Shown: positions 1 through 10,492 of the stretch, piece after piece
Layout of the letters: every line of letters begins with the position of its first letter
Position numbering within the stretch: position 1 is the first letter of the stretch
NCBI GenBank assembly: GCA_038496445.1
Contig: JALMLS010000501.1
Span: 1 to 59,029 of the forward strand
Reading direction: 5' to 3'
DNA length: 59,029 bases
Source: Trichosphaerium sp. ATCC 40318
Taxonomy: Eukaryota > Protista > Tubulinea
The notes under the pieces: generated by a model
Database searches by the model: none
The model's input: the letters and a program-made list of their open reading frames with translations, nothing else
What the model was told of the DNA's origin: nothing
Position numbers and translations under genes: made by a program

Positions 1-1688
1 CCCCCCTTCTACGCCACCAGCACGCCGTCCTACCGCACCCTGGGCCGAGCCGGGGCGATCGCGCAGCGGCGGCTAAGGCAGTTTAGCGCCATCCATTTTC
101 GGCGCGTCCCAATTCGGCTGGTGAGAAGTTACTCACTCCTTAGAGGATGACGACTTCCATGTCCACCTTCCAGCTGTCTAAACTGGAACACCGCCTTCGT
201 TGTCTTGGTTACTGCCTATTCGGGCGCCTTTGCTGCTGCTCGCGTTTAAAACCGTCTCGTCAGTCCTGCTTATCAAGACCGGCCCAATAGGGGTCCACCG
301 TCTCGGTGACCACAGCCATTCGGCCTGTGGTCGGTCGCCTCTTATGTGTTTGATAATAGGTCGATGGCAACTTTGGCCTCCGATACCTCTTTCCAGTGGC
401 TCTACGAGACGAGACCGGCGTCACGGACCCCCTCTATCCTTAGGGATACTTCGAACGGTACCAGCTACGTTGGCAGCTCGTTTGGTCTCTCGCCCCTATA
501 CCCAATGTCCGGCGAGCGATTTGCACGTCAGCAACGCTACGGGCGTCCAGCGGGATTTCTCCCGCCTTCCCCCTTTTCGGGTATAGATCGCTACCTTTCG
601 GGTATCGCCCAACGTACTATCGCCTGCCAAGAGAACAACGCCGGAGATGGCAAAGTGTATCTACTTTGGTGTGACGTGTTTTTAATTACTTGCGTAACAA
701 AAACATGATAATAGCATAGTCGGTTTTTTATGTCGATCTTTGCAAACTTATATAGTGTAATACGTTTGTTTTTATATAAGAAGAACTTGGCCTAGGAGCT
801 TATCCTTGGCTTCATTTCTGTGCGGGTTGGAGGTTTGATCTCACCCTCGCACGCTCGGCGAACTCCTTGATCCGTGTTTCAAGACGGGATACACGGAGGC
901 CATGGCCCAATAAGGGCATAGAGCCTCATTGAGGTTGTGGACGATGAATGACGAGCTTCGTTCCTTTCGGAAGACGTACATTCGGAGGTTTCAGTAATTT
1001 CAGTGAACCAACATCATTTAAAGGTTTAAAAGTGCTTTTTGATGTCCTTTCAACCAAACCCACGTTTTTATGCTTTTCAGCTTGTAGGATGGTGTGGACA
1101 GCACGATTAGCCAGTATGACTTTTTTGTGTTGGTCACCTCTATTACCTTCCCCTCGACGTTTTGTTTCATTATAATCTTCCAGGGCACAAGGCCCCGGTC
1201 GCTTTTCCCTCGCTACAAGAGCGTCTGCCATGTGCAGATTAGGTGCAGGGCACCTACGTACTCCGTGCCATTTGTACCCTTGCCGGCTTCGGGTCTTTTA
1301 ACCCTCTATCGAGGAGTGCTGTTTCAGTCTTCCCTCACGGTACTGGTGCGCTATCGGCCACCTCCCGATACTTAGCCTTGCCGGGTAACCTCCCGGTAAC
1401 TTCGTATGGCACGGCCAAACCATACTACTCCTGGACGATGGGACTCTATTTCCTCGGTTGACAGCGTACGGGGCTCGCACCCTCTACGGCTACGACTCGT
1501 GCGTAATTCCCGTCAACGTCTGGAAGAGCCACCACGCCTTAGCCCACAACTCCGATGCTAGGCTCGGATTCAGGCTTGAGCTTGTCCCCTTTCGCTCGCC
1601 GCTACTCAGGGAGTCCCTTTTGGTTTCCTTTCCTCTGCCCCAATGATATGCTTAACTTAGGCAGGTCGCCAAGTGTAACTCAGGACGC
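1..1688 (-). rRNA. 28S rRNA: 28S (LSU) rRNA, 5' portion; runs off the window edge
   Basis: The reverse complement has eukaryotic LSU landmarks: TAAGCATATCA..GAGGAAAGGAAACC, GAGTAGCGGCGAGCGAA, ACCGATAGCG..AGTACCGTGAGGGAA and CCCGTCTTGAAACACGGA. Its 5' GCGTCCTGAGTTAC pairs with the 5.8S 3' end. Confidence 0.95.
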
Positions 1689-1891
1689 AAGTTGTGTTTT
1701 TTTAATGCTTTCAGTTCAGTATGTAAACCAACCTTCCCTCTAAAGCTTCGCTTAAGTAAGCTAGGCATGAGTTCTGGAGGAACGTCACTTCCGGCAATTT
1801 ATTAATTAGTTGTGGCAACCACTTTCTTTTTTAGAAGATTAAGTGTGTACACCATACGCAGCACCAAATAAATTTAGTGTTTGTTTTGCTG
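1689..1891 (-). other. ITS2
   Basis: AT-rich spacer between the mutually pairing 5.8S 3' end and 28S 5' end. Confidence 0.75.
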
Positions 1892-2056
1892 GCGTCGCTG
1901 AGTCACGCTCCTTTGCCTGTGATTCGTGAGAATACAGAACGCGGCCTGAGGCATTCGGCAATGCCACCTTCAGATGAGAGCGATTCCGGTGGCTGGTTTC
2001 ATAGTGATCCATGGCCTTCTTCGGGGGAGGTGCCTAACCGTTCACCGACAAGGTTT
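1892..2056 (-). rRNA. 5.8S rRNA: 5.8S rRNA (very divergent)
   Basis: GC-rich block of about 165 nt between 18S and 28S. CCGAAGAAGGCC sits at the position of GATGAAGAACGC. The 3' GTGACTCAGCGACGC is complementary to the 28S 5' end. Confidence 0.75.
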
Positions 2057-2295
2057 GGTTTCTTTCGAAAATCTTGACGTTCTTTATAGTCGTGCCACGA
2101 CTGTGTTTTGGTTTGCCAAAATGGCGGTTGTGGAGCTGGCAGATATACAAGATATCACCACAGCAGAGGATGATTGCATCTTTCACTTACCGAGGTAAGA
2201 TTAGATTTACCAAACCAGAGCTGATACTCCAATTTTTTTCTTTTAAACTTGGTTAAAAGTTGGTTTAATTGCTTCTAAGGGTTTAATACCAATAG
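2057..2295 (-). other. ITS1
   Basis: Spacer between the 18S 3' end and 5.8S. Confidence 0.75.
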
Positions 2296-4951
2296 TATTG
2301 ATCCTTCAGCAGGTTCACCTACTGAAACCTTGTTACGACTTCATCATCCTTTATGAGCGCAAGTTCGAGCAGGTTCGATAACCGGCAAGCCGGTCGTCCC
2401 CCCTGGTCTCACTCGCACCCACATCGGTCGATGCGACGGGCGGTGTGTACAAGCAACAGGGACAGATTCCAGGTGCGTTGATGACACACCTGTACGAGGC
2501 ATTCCGCGTTCGTGGCTACAGTTACAGCAACCAGTCCCTAAGCACGCATGTGTCTTTTCGGAGAAGCAGCATTGAGCACACTTAACATCCAAATCGACCA
2601 CACGGTGCGCTTTCATGTATTTTTTTATGAACATTGCAGAAACTTACTTCATAATAAAGTTTGCCTTGGTAAAGATATAATCTTCCAAGTCAAAGCATTT
2701 AAGTGAAGAAGAAACCTTATTTGTTAATTTGAAACGATCCACAGCTCTTTCAATGTTTACACTAAGGAACAAAGTCCAAAGATGTAAGTTTTCATCTAAC
2801 AGCGCTTCTCATCTTAACATTAAAGGAATTTAACTTCCTAAAAAGCCTCGACGAGGGGGTTAACTCTTTATATTAAGGTTCAGGACAGACTTTGTTTTTG
2901 AAGGTGGTAGTTTCCGAAGGTGCGTTTAAGTGTAGTCGTATTTAGATAATTAAATCTGAGGTTTAACTCGCTGTCGTGAAGAAGTGTTCTGGCGGTTTCA
3001 GGGCTTGCCCGGATGCCTGTTCGGCCCAGGAACCCGTTGAACTAAGCAGTGTAGGCCGCGTGCGGCCCGGAATATCTGGGGGCATCCCGGATCTGTTATA
3101 GCCGCCGCTTCTTACGACTTTTCGCCGTCAGTCCTGCACAGGGGTCCCGCACGAGGCGGGGGAATCAATGTGACAGTAGCGATCTCGCCCGTTATCGGAA
3201 TAAACCTGACAGATAAGTCCACGAGCCTAAAACGACCATGCACCACCGTTAGCTAACTCGGAAAAGACCCTTCAGTCTGTTCGTCCCCTTAGAGCGTCCG
3301 ATCCCGGTAAGTTGTCGCGCGTTGAGTCAAATTGAGCCGCAGCCTCCAGAGCCTGGTGGTGTTGCTCCGTCAATGCCTTTAAGTTTCAGCCTTGCGACCA
3401 TACTTCCCCCCTGGGCCCGATTACTTCGGTTTCCCGTGGGAACGGGCCCCGAGCCTTGGTTTGCCCGGCGCCCATTCAGTCGGCATCGTTTACTGTGGAG
3501 ACTACACGGGTCTCTAATCCGCTTCGCTCCCTCCACCATCGTTCTAGATCACCGGCCACGCCCTTGCAGAGCGCCTTCGCTTCGGGTAGTTTGGATCAGG
3601 TCAAAAGATTTCACTCCTCGCTGATACCACACTCTCTACCCCGTACGCACCTAGTAATCGTGTGTTCTTTATTAGTGTGAAGACTAACTCAAGTTTTTCC
3701 TCAAAGTACTTTTGTAATTCACAATGTTTTTATTCCCTTAATGAAGAACATGAGTTTTCACTCAGACTTGCATATCAGGATATTGTTCATACTTAGTTAA
3801 AATGAGACTTGAGCGTCGCACTTGGTAAAGTGTTGTTTTTGTTTTTTTAAAGCCCAATTCCAGGATGCTGGTGGGTGGCATAGCGGCCGAAGCCTAAACT
3901 GACCTTGCGTTTGAGCGAAGCCATTTATGCCTGGTCGGGCGATGAAAAAGAGTCGGGGGGTTTATGTCAAGGAGTAAACTCCTATCTAAACCTTGTCCCT
4001 CTCAGCTGTGTCGTTGTTTGGACTGCGAGCGCTTTAACAGCAACAGCAAAAGTATAAGCTTTCGGAGTGGGTGTTACCGCGGGTGCTGGCACCCAACTTG
4101 TCCTCCAATAGTTTCTCAGGGCGACATTCAGTTGCCCCTCATTGCGACGACCGGTTTAAATACCGGCCTCGTTACACTCAGTCGCTGGCTCGATTTGCAA
4201 TCAATGGCCAAGTTACGCGCCTGCTGTTACCCGTAAGTACAGGGGCCGTATCTAATGCCCCTTCTCCGGGAACCGAACCCTAGTTCCCCGTTACCCGTCA
4301 CTGCCGCGGTAGGCCGTTACCCTACCGCCTGGCTGATAGGTCGGCCGCCCTTCCGACTCGTGGAGGGGGAGAACTCTCAACTTTATATCGATATGATCTT
4401 TTTTATGAAGAAGCACATTCAGCGAAGGATCGAGATTTGAACAGTGTTCATTTTTCTTTCACCTAGTTTCACTTATGTAAACTTTAACAATTTTTTTTTA
4501 GAAACATGTCTAGTCAGAGAGAACTCCTCATAACTCCATCGCATGCCCCAACGCCGCTCTTCCCGACGGAGTACGGACGCCGCTTCCTAAGGGGAGGCTG
4601 CTTCCCTTGGCGAACCAAGATGGGATCGGGTGATCGTCCGCTCCTGAGCGTTGGATGCGACCGATGGGTCCTTGCAGCAGAGGGGCCCATCGGCAGCGCT
4701 AGGCGCATTACGTATTAGCCGCAGGTTTCCTTTAATCCCGGTTATCCGCGGGGGAGGCCACGAGTTTTGGTTATAGTGCGTTTAGGAAAACAAGTTCCTG
4801 TGTGCAAAATGACGTGACCATTATTAGTCTTGTCGGGTGGGTTACGACCGTTTTAAGGAGCCGTTTGCGGCTCCGAGGATACCTCTTTGCTGAGCTTGCA
4901 TGGCTTAATCCTTCGAGAAAGCTTATCACTCCTGGCAGGCTCAACCAGGTA
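2296..4951 (-). rRNA. 18S rRNA: 18S (SSU) rRNA, about 2.65 kb, with long AT-rich expansions
   Basis: Starts TACCTGGTTGAGCCTGCCAG. Contains GATTAAGCCATGCA, GTGCCAGCACCCGCGGTAA, GAAACTTAAAGGCATTGACGG and TTGTACACACCGCCCGTCG. Ends AAGTCGTAACAAGG..GTAGGTGAACCTGCTGAAGGATCAATA. No anti-Shine-Dalgarno. Confidence 0.97.
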
Positions 4952-5679
4952 CCTTTTGCATCAGAGTTTTAAAGCAGACAGCTGCATTTAAAATAATTTC
5001 TCATCAGACCAAAGGTGGTTGAGGTTTTTAGGTGGTTTTTTGAAGAATGAACTTCATAAGAAACCATTCTATCTTTGTTCCTATTCTCTTTCAAGGAGGA
5101 TGTAAGATGAAGGTATTTTTGATGAACATCACAAATACCTGGTGCCGGACAACATCAGCCTTTCTTGTTGGAGAAGAAGCTGATGTGTCTTGGTTATGGT
5201 TTTTATGGCAAGAGATGCTCATAGAGCACATTGCCACAACAGCATAGGGTTGTGTCTTTTTAAAGGACTACTTTTCTTGATGAGTCATGCCTATTTTTTA
5301 CTGAGTAGCCCTTGAGGCATCGTCGGTAATAGCTTGCAACTGCATCATTTTTTATACACTCTTTTTTTTTTTTTTAATTTTTCTTTACTATTCAAGTACT
5401 TGGACTGTGCCTTTCCTTATTAACTCTTCAAGTTGTAGCTATTAGCTACACTTTGCTTTCATTGATGTACTTGGCTTGTGTGCCTTTCCATCAATTTGCC
5501 TTTCACATTTGCTTCAGGCTCACATCTATTATTTACCCAAGTACTTGATACTTGTCTTTCCATTGGGTGTTTTGGATGTGGTTATACAACTTCTGTGGAT
5601 TAATTGGAACACTTTCGATTCCTTTCATCCACCCAAGCATGTGACTTTGCACATACTTAGAGCTGTAGTATTGTTATGA

Positions 5680-6717
5680 CTCGATTAACATTTCTACACC
5701 TTCTTTAGAGAGAGTGTTATAATGTTAGAAGAGAACATGTATTCTTACATAGGCAGTTGTTGCCCACTAAGGGCTCCAGCTTGCTTTTTGTACCATCCAA
5801 GTCAATGTGACTTTGCACATCTTTGGATGCTCATGACTTTACAACTCGATTAGCATTTCTACACTTCAGATGAGTGTTCTAATGCTAGAAGAGAAGTACA
5901 TTTGTTGTCATCATCATAGAGTACTCGATTAGCATTTCTACACTTCAAAATGAGTGTTCTAATGCTAGAAGAGAATCTGTATGTTTTCTTACATAGGCAG
6001 GTTTTTTGCCCACTAAGGGCTTCCACTTGCTTTTGTAACTCCTGGTACTGTGACTTGCACACACACTCTAGGAACTATGTATTTGTAAACCTTTGAAACT
6101 CGATTAGCATTTCTACACCTCTGAATGAGTGTTCTAATGCTAGAAGAGAAACATGGTTTTTACATATATGGGTTAGTTGATGCCCACTAAGGACCTCAAC
6201 TGGACAACTACTAGAGTTGTAACTCTCAAACCCTTTTTGAGTTTTAGTCAATACCTCGATTAACACCTTTCTCAATCTGCTACTATTACAAGTAACAGAG
6301 ATAAGGTGAAAGAAGAGGGGATGACTCGTCTCCATTTTGTATTTGCACAATCGTCATCATTGTAGATGTCGTATTGCATTTACAAACATAGGGTGGTACA
6401 AAGACTCGATTAACATTTCTACGCTCGTTGTGTTTGGCGTTATAATGTTAGAAGAGAGAAGAGCTTCATCAGTTGTGAGTAACTCGATTAACATTTCTAC
6501 GCTCCATTATTACATTGGGCGTTATAATGTTAGAAGATATATAACTTCACATAATGTCACTGATATGAACGAACTCGATTAACATTTCTACGCTCATGTG
6601 TGTTCAAGGCGTTATATAATGTTAGAAGAGAAGAGCTTCTATCAGGTTGGGTTTGATGATGGCAACTCGATTAACATTTCTACGCTCGTTGTGTTCGGCG
6701 TTATAATGTTAGAAGAG
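5680..6717. repeat. Array of 9 interspaced hairpin repeats in the 5'ETS/IGS of the rDNA
   Basis: Consensus CTCGATTARCATTTCTACRC-loop-GYGTTMTAATGYTAGAAGAG. Copies start near 5680, 5845, 5924, 6099, 6255 (variant), 6405, 6483, 6574 and 6666. Confidence 0.9.
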
Positions 6718-8030
6718 AAGCACATGGTACCGTTTTGATTAAGGACACACAGCTCTATATTACACGCACACACAATCACGCCCTACTACTCCACTTTGGC
6801 ATCGTCATCGATGGATATACTAGGAAGGCAAAGCTCAAACAGCAAAGCCCCTTTCTATCTCATAAAAAGCTAGAGTAGCCGTAAACAAGTGGGTAGGTTG
6901 GGTTGGTTTTTCATGTGCGCCTACAGATTAATATCGGCTGTGCACCTTGCACTTAGGGCTCATCTCCTAGGTTAAAGAAGACAGCGACCTCTCAGGTTCT
7001 TGCGCTGTTTTTTTTTCGCATCTTTGTTGCGATTAACTGGCGCCGCAAATGTGCTGCACGGTGGGCGAACCCATGCCACCGTGCACTCCCTGTGGGCTTG
7101 TGTTTTGGGGGGGAAGAGGGGAAGGCAATTTCTGGAAAACGAAAAAAAAGAAGGGCTTGTTTTAACCCTTTTTTTTTTTTTTTTGTTTTCTTTCATAATT
7201 TGCCTTCAAACCACACCTCCTTTTGCCAAGGGAAGAGAAGCGACTTTCTAGAGGCGCGCACTACACTTTTTTTTTTGTTGCTCCTTCCGCGCGGTGCGTT
7301 CGCCTCGCGTTTTGCAGTAACTTGCTTTGTGTTGGTGCCCCTGTGTCGTCTTCTCCATTTGCGCCGCTTTAGGCTACACGGTTGTGAGACTCAGCCCCTT
7401 TCCCGAAAATATCGAGTTTTCGCCCCTTTACTACCTTACAACACTCTTATACCGCACTACGTCGCTGCGAGAATGGATACTGTATAAAAAATTGTCAAAA
7501 AAAAACCTACAACCTAGTTAAACAGCGTGGTTGGTGCCAACGGACAGTTTCGCACACGCTTTCCCATTCTTAGGTGCGCCCGCAACGTTTTTAAACGCGT
7601 TGGAGTATAACAGCTTCCGTAAAACAGCTCAATAGAAATTTTTGGAAGAATTTAGCAAATTTTCATTAAAATACAGTACAAGAGATATCCACGTGTCGCT
7701 AGGTCATAAAAATCGCCGTTTAGTACGGTTATGAGTGTTCTTGTACACAACGACTCAGTTAGACTCCCACGAATTTATTTGGTACATAGCCAGTACGTAT
7801 CCACAAAATAACAATTTCGTTTATTGGAACGCTTGTACCTCTACTTTTTTTTATAATTGTTGTTCAGTGGAAGTTTATTGTGGATAGACTTCAATGATTA
7901 TAAAGTATTTATTGTACATACAGCAAGCTATCGCTATGGTGAGACGTGATTATAAAGTTGGTGGTGTTGGTACTGAGCGTGGTGTACGGTGGGTTTTTTT
8001 TTTTTTTTTTTCCGTAATTTTGTTTCGTTG

Positions 8031-8526
8031 TTAAACGAGTTTCTCTGTTTCAGTGCTCATGTCCAAACTGAAATGCCCAGCAGGCCATATTTGAAATCCT
8101 CCTTGTACTTTTGCTGGTCCTCGTTTCTTTTTATGCCAAAATCCCTTAAAGAAAAAGGCGTCTGTTGAAAGCTTACACTCCCCTGAAAAAACTTCGCAAC
8201 TGGCTTGCCCGATGCTATATTTGAGACAACGTAGTTTTAACGTGCGATTGGACGACTAGAAAGTACATAAGGGGTGATGATTTAAAAGAGAAAACTTGTA
8301 ATACTTCCAAAAGAAAATTACGTACCTGCACAACAAATCCTTTGAATAGAAACTTTTTGCTGCTATTAAGTCTATCAATTGATCCAGTACCGACAACATG
8401 AATTAGAGTATTGTCAAGCCTATCAATAGTGAAGCGAAGCTTGTCAAATGAAAGAGCTTCTGATTCTCCTTTGACTTTGTAGAATCCTTCCCATTTACCA
8501 CTTTCAGGAACATCGACGATTGACAT
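8031..8526 (-). CDS. Hypothetical protein (about 140 aa, 2 exons)
   Basis: Exon 8526-8326, then a GTACGT..CTAG intron (8325-8256), then exon 8255-8031 open to TAA. Confidence 0.6.
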
Positions 8527-8644
8527 CTACATATAATTCCGTTTGGTTAGAAGGAGGGGGGGGTGCTTCGATTATTGTACATTTGATGTAGTTTGACACA
8601 TTGAAAGTGTCAACGTTTTCAAAACTTCTTTGTTTTTTTAAAAA

Positions 8645-10125
8645 TCAGTGCGTGCGTACCAGAGTTGACATGCCACATGTGAGCTCATCTCGTATGTTGC
8701 GAAGTAATGTGTCTATGGAGGTTTTTTCTGGAGCGCCTTTACATGTGGGAAGACCCAGTGCTTTGTATATAATTGCAAAACTAACCAAAAGAAAAACAAT
8801 ATTCATCAGTGCTGCAATCGCCCAGAATTCTACCATAGAAGTTGTGATTGCTTTTGATAGCGGCACCCATTTGATGAATATTGGATTAGCGATTGTTGGA
8901 AATGTGACACCATCATCGAGTACCTAGTTTGGACGTCAATTTCGCTAAATGACGATTTCTTTTTTCTCACAAAAACGACAGTGACAACTTATGTTTGTTA
9001 CTGTAATCAGGTGATCACATACCATGACTCTATTTTTTAGATTGTAGCGCTCAATGTCCTTGTCGCTAAGCCTTAGTCCCTGTCTACCACCTTCTTCCCA
9101 CGTGTCAGTACAAGTGTTTTTAATGTAGAAGCAGTCAGTTATATTTCTTGTGTTACGAATTTCACAAACTACAAAGAAGACGGCGGTTTCCTGGAACAAC
9201 ATGTTAGCACATTTGGAATGAACCAAAAAAAAAAGCTGGAAAATATACGCTGAGTTGGGCTGGTGCGTACTGTGTTGTTGGCCAGTGTAGTACTTGCTAT
9301 ATTTATTGTGATTGGTTTTGCACATACTAGGTCATGTGCTTTACCTTTTGTGAGGTGTACTCCAGTGTAACTAGTCATGTAATTGTAAGGAGACTGAAAC
9401 AAAAAAACGAAAGAAAAATTAAACATCACTAAATCAATGATTGAGATCGTACTATTTCGGATTCGCTAAAACCTTGTGTGGTGGCGTAAATTTGTAACCC
9501 AAAACGTCTCTTGGAATGGATTCCTGAAAGCTACATGTAAGTACAACCTAACACATCATTTTCGAGTACGTACTGGCGAATTAAAGTCTTCAACAGACAC
9601 TTCTGCGACACCTGGCAAAAACGATTTAGCACTTCAGTTTGTTTTTATATTATAGTGTTACCTCGTTGTATGTATTGCCAATAAGTGCCTCCAGCTTGTG
9701 CCATAGCAAAGCCAAGAATGAGCGAGAAAAGAATTGCTACGAAAGGCAAAACAAAGCGTAGTGCGCTCAAAAATCTGTCGTTTGTACGTTCTACAATGTG
9801 AATCAGCGATGTTTGGTTGTTTGTTTTGGTGACAAAAATAATTATAAACATTGCGTACTGGCCGACATCAAGTTCCTAAATGCCTTGAAATACACTACAA
9901 ATAGCGCAAGAGTAGCAACCATTGCTATCATGGCGATGGTAGCCACTAATGCAGAAACAAACTATGTGATAACGTCAAAAAACAGTACGTGCATTCGCTC
10001 AAATCGCGTACGATGGGTTGTGTGCTCGCTAGTACCCATAATCCTGTTGCAATAATATTTGCAGCTATCAACAACAGTAGTGCTTCGCCGTACAGAAGCA
10101 CTTGGCGAAAGATCGAGTCATTCAT
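8645..10125 (-). CDS. Hypothetical multi-pass membrane protein (multi-exon; ends approximate)
   Basis: Hydrophobic exons (LLLLIAANIIATGLWVL, IAMIAMVATLALFVVYF, FVLPFVAILFSLILGFA, FWAIAALMNIVFLLVSF) separated by GT-AG introns. Confidence 0.5.
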
Positions 10126-10492
10126 TGCAAGTACTCTCGTTTTCGGTGTTATTTTACTAAAACAGGAAAATGCACCTAAAAGAGAACCTAGCGCAGTTTT
10201 TATGGGAATGCAACGCTTGGTTATAACGCAGGCTTGGTGTGCTTTCGTGACAATAAATTGGCAGCGCTTAAACACCTAAGGCGACTTGTTAGAAGGACTC
10301 ATTTTAAAAAGCAAATCAAAAACACTCAAGGTAGCGATAGAAGTGAGCGTATACTCGGTTTGTGTAGTTCAAAATTTTTGTAAAATGTCACTAGCTACTC
10401 CAGGCTTATAAAAATGCAAGTACGTACGCTACTGTGGCTAGTTTAAATTATCAAGCGATATTAAATTAACGTCTGGTTTTTTGTGGCTAGAA

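Noticed and set aside
2552-2990. Group I intron or HNH homing endonuclease (IQIDH in a short + strand frame)
   Set aside because: No recognisable P7 core, a variable-region location, and an ORF of only about 51 aa without the rest of the motif.
200-4718. Numerous ORFs overlapping the rRNA cores
   Set aside because: Expected artefacts of GC-rich rRNA with no protein motifs.
1-4951. Archaeal or bacterial rRNA operon (GC-rich; the 5.8S resembles a 23S 5' end)
   Set aside because: Eukaryotic 18S termini, no anti-Shine-Dalgarno, and a separate 5.8S with ITS2.
4960-5010. Hammerhead ribozyme suggested by CUGAUGA
   Set aside because: No correctly placed GAAA or stem III/NUH. A box C/D-like pairing fits better.
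5680-6717. CRISPR array (ATTTCTAC recalls Cas12a repeats; repeat-spacer look)
   Set aside because: Eukaryotic rDNA context, no cas genes, irregular spacing, variable internal loops, and spacers that resemble one another.
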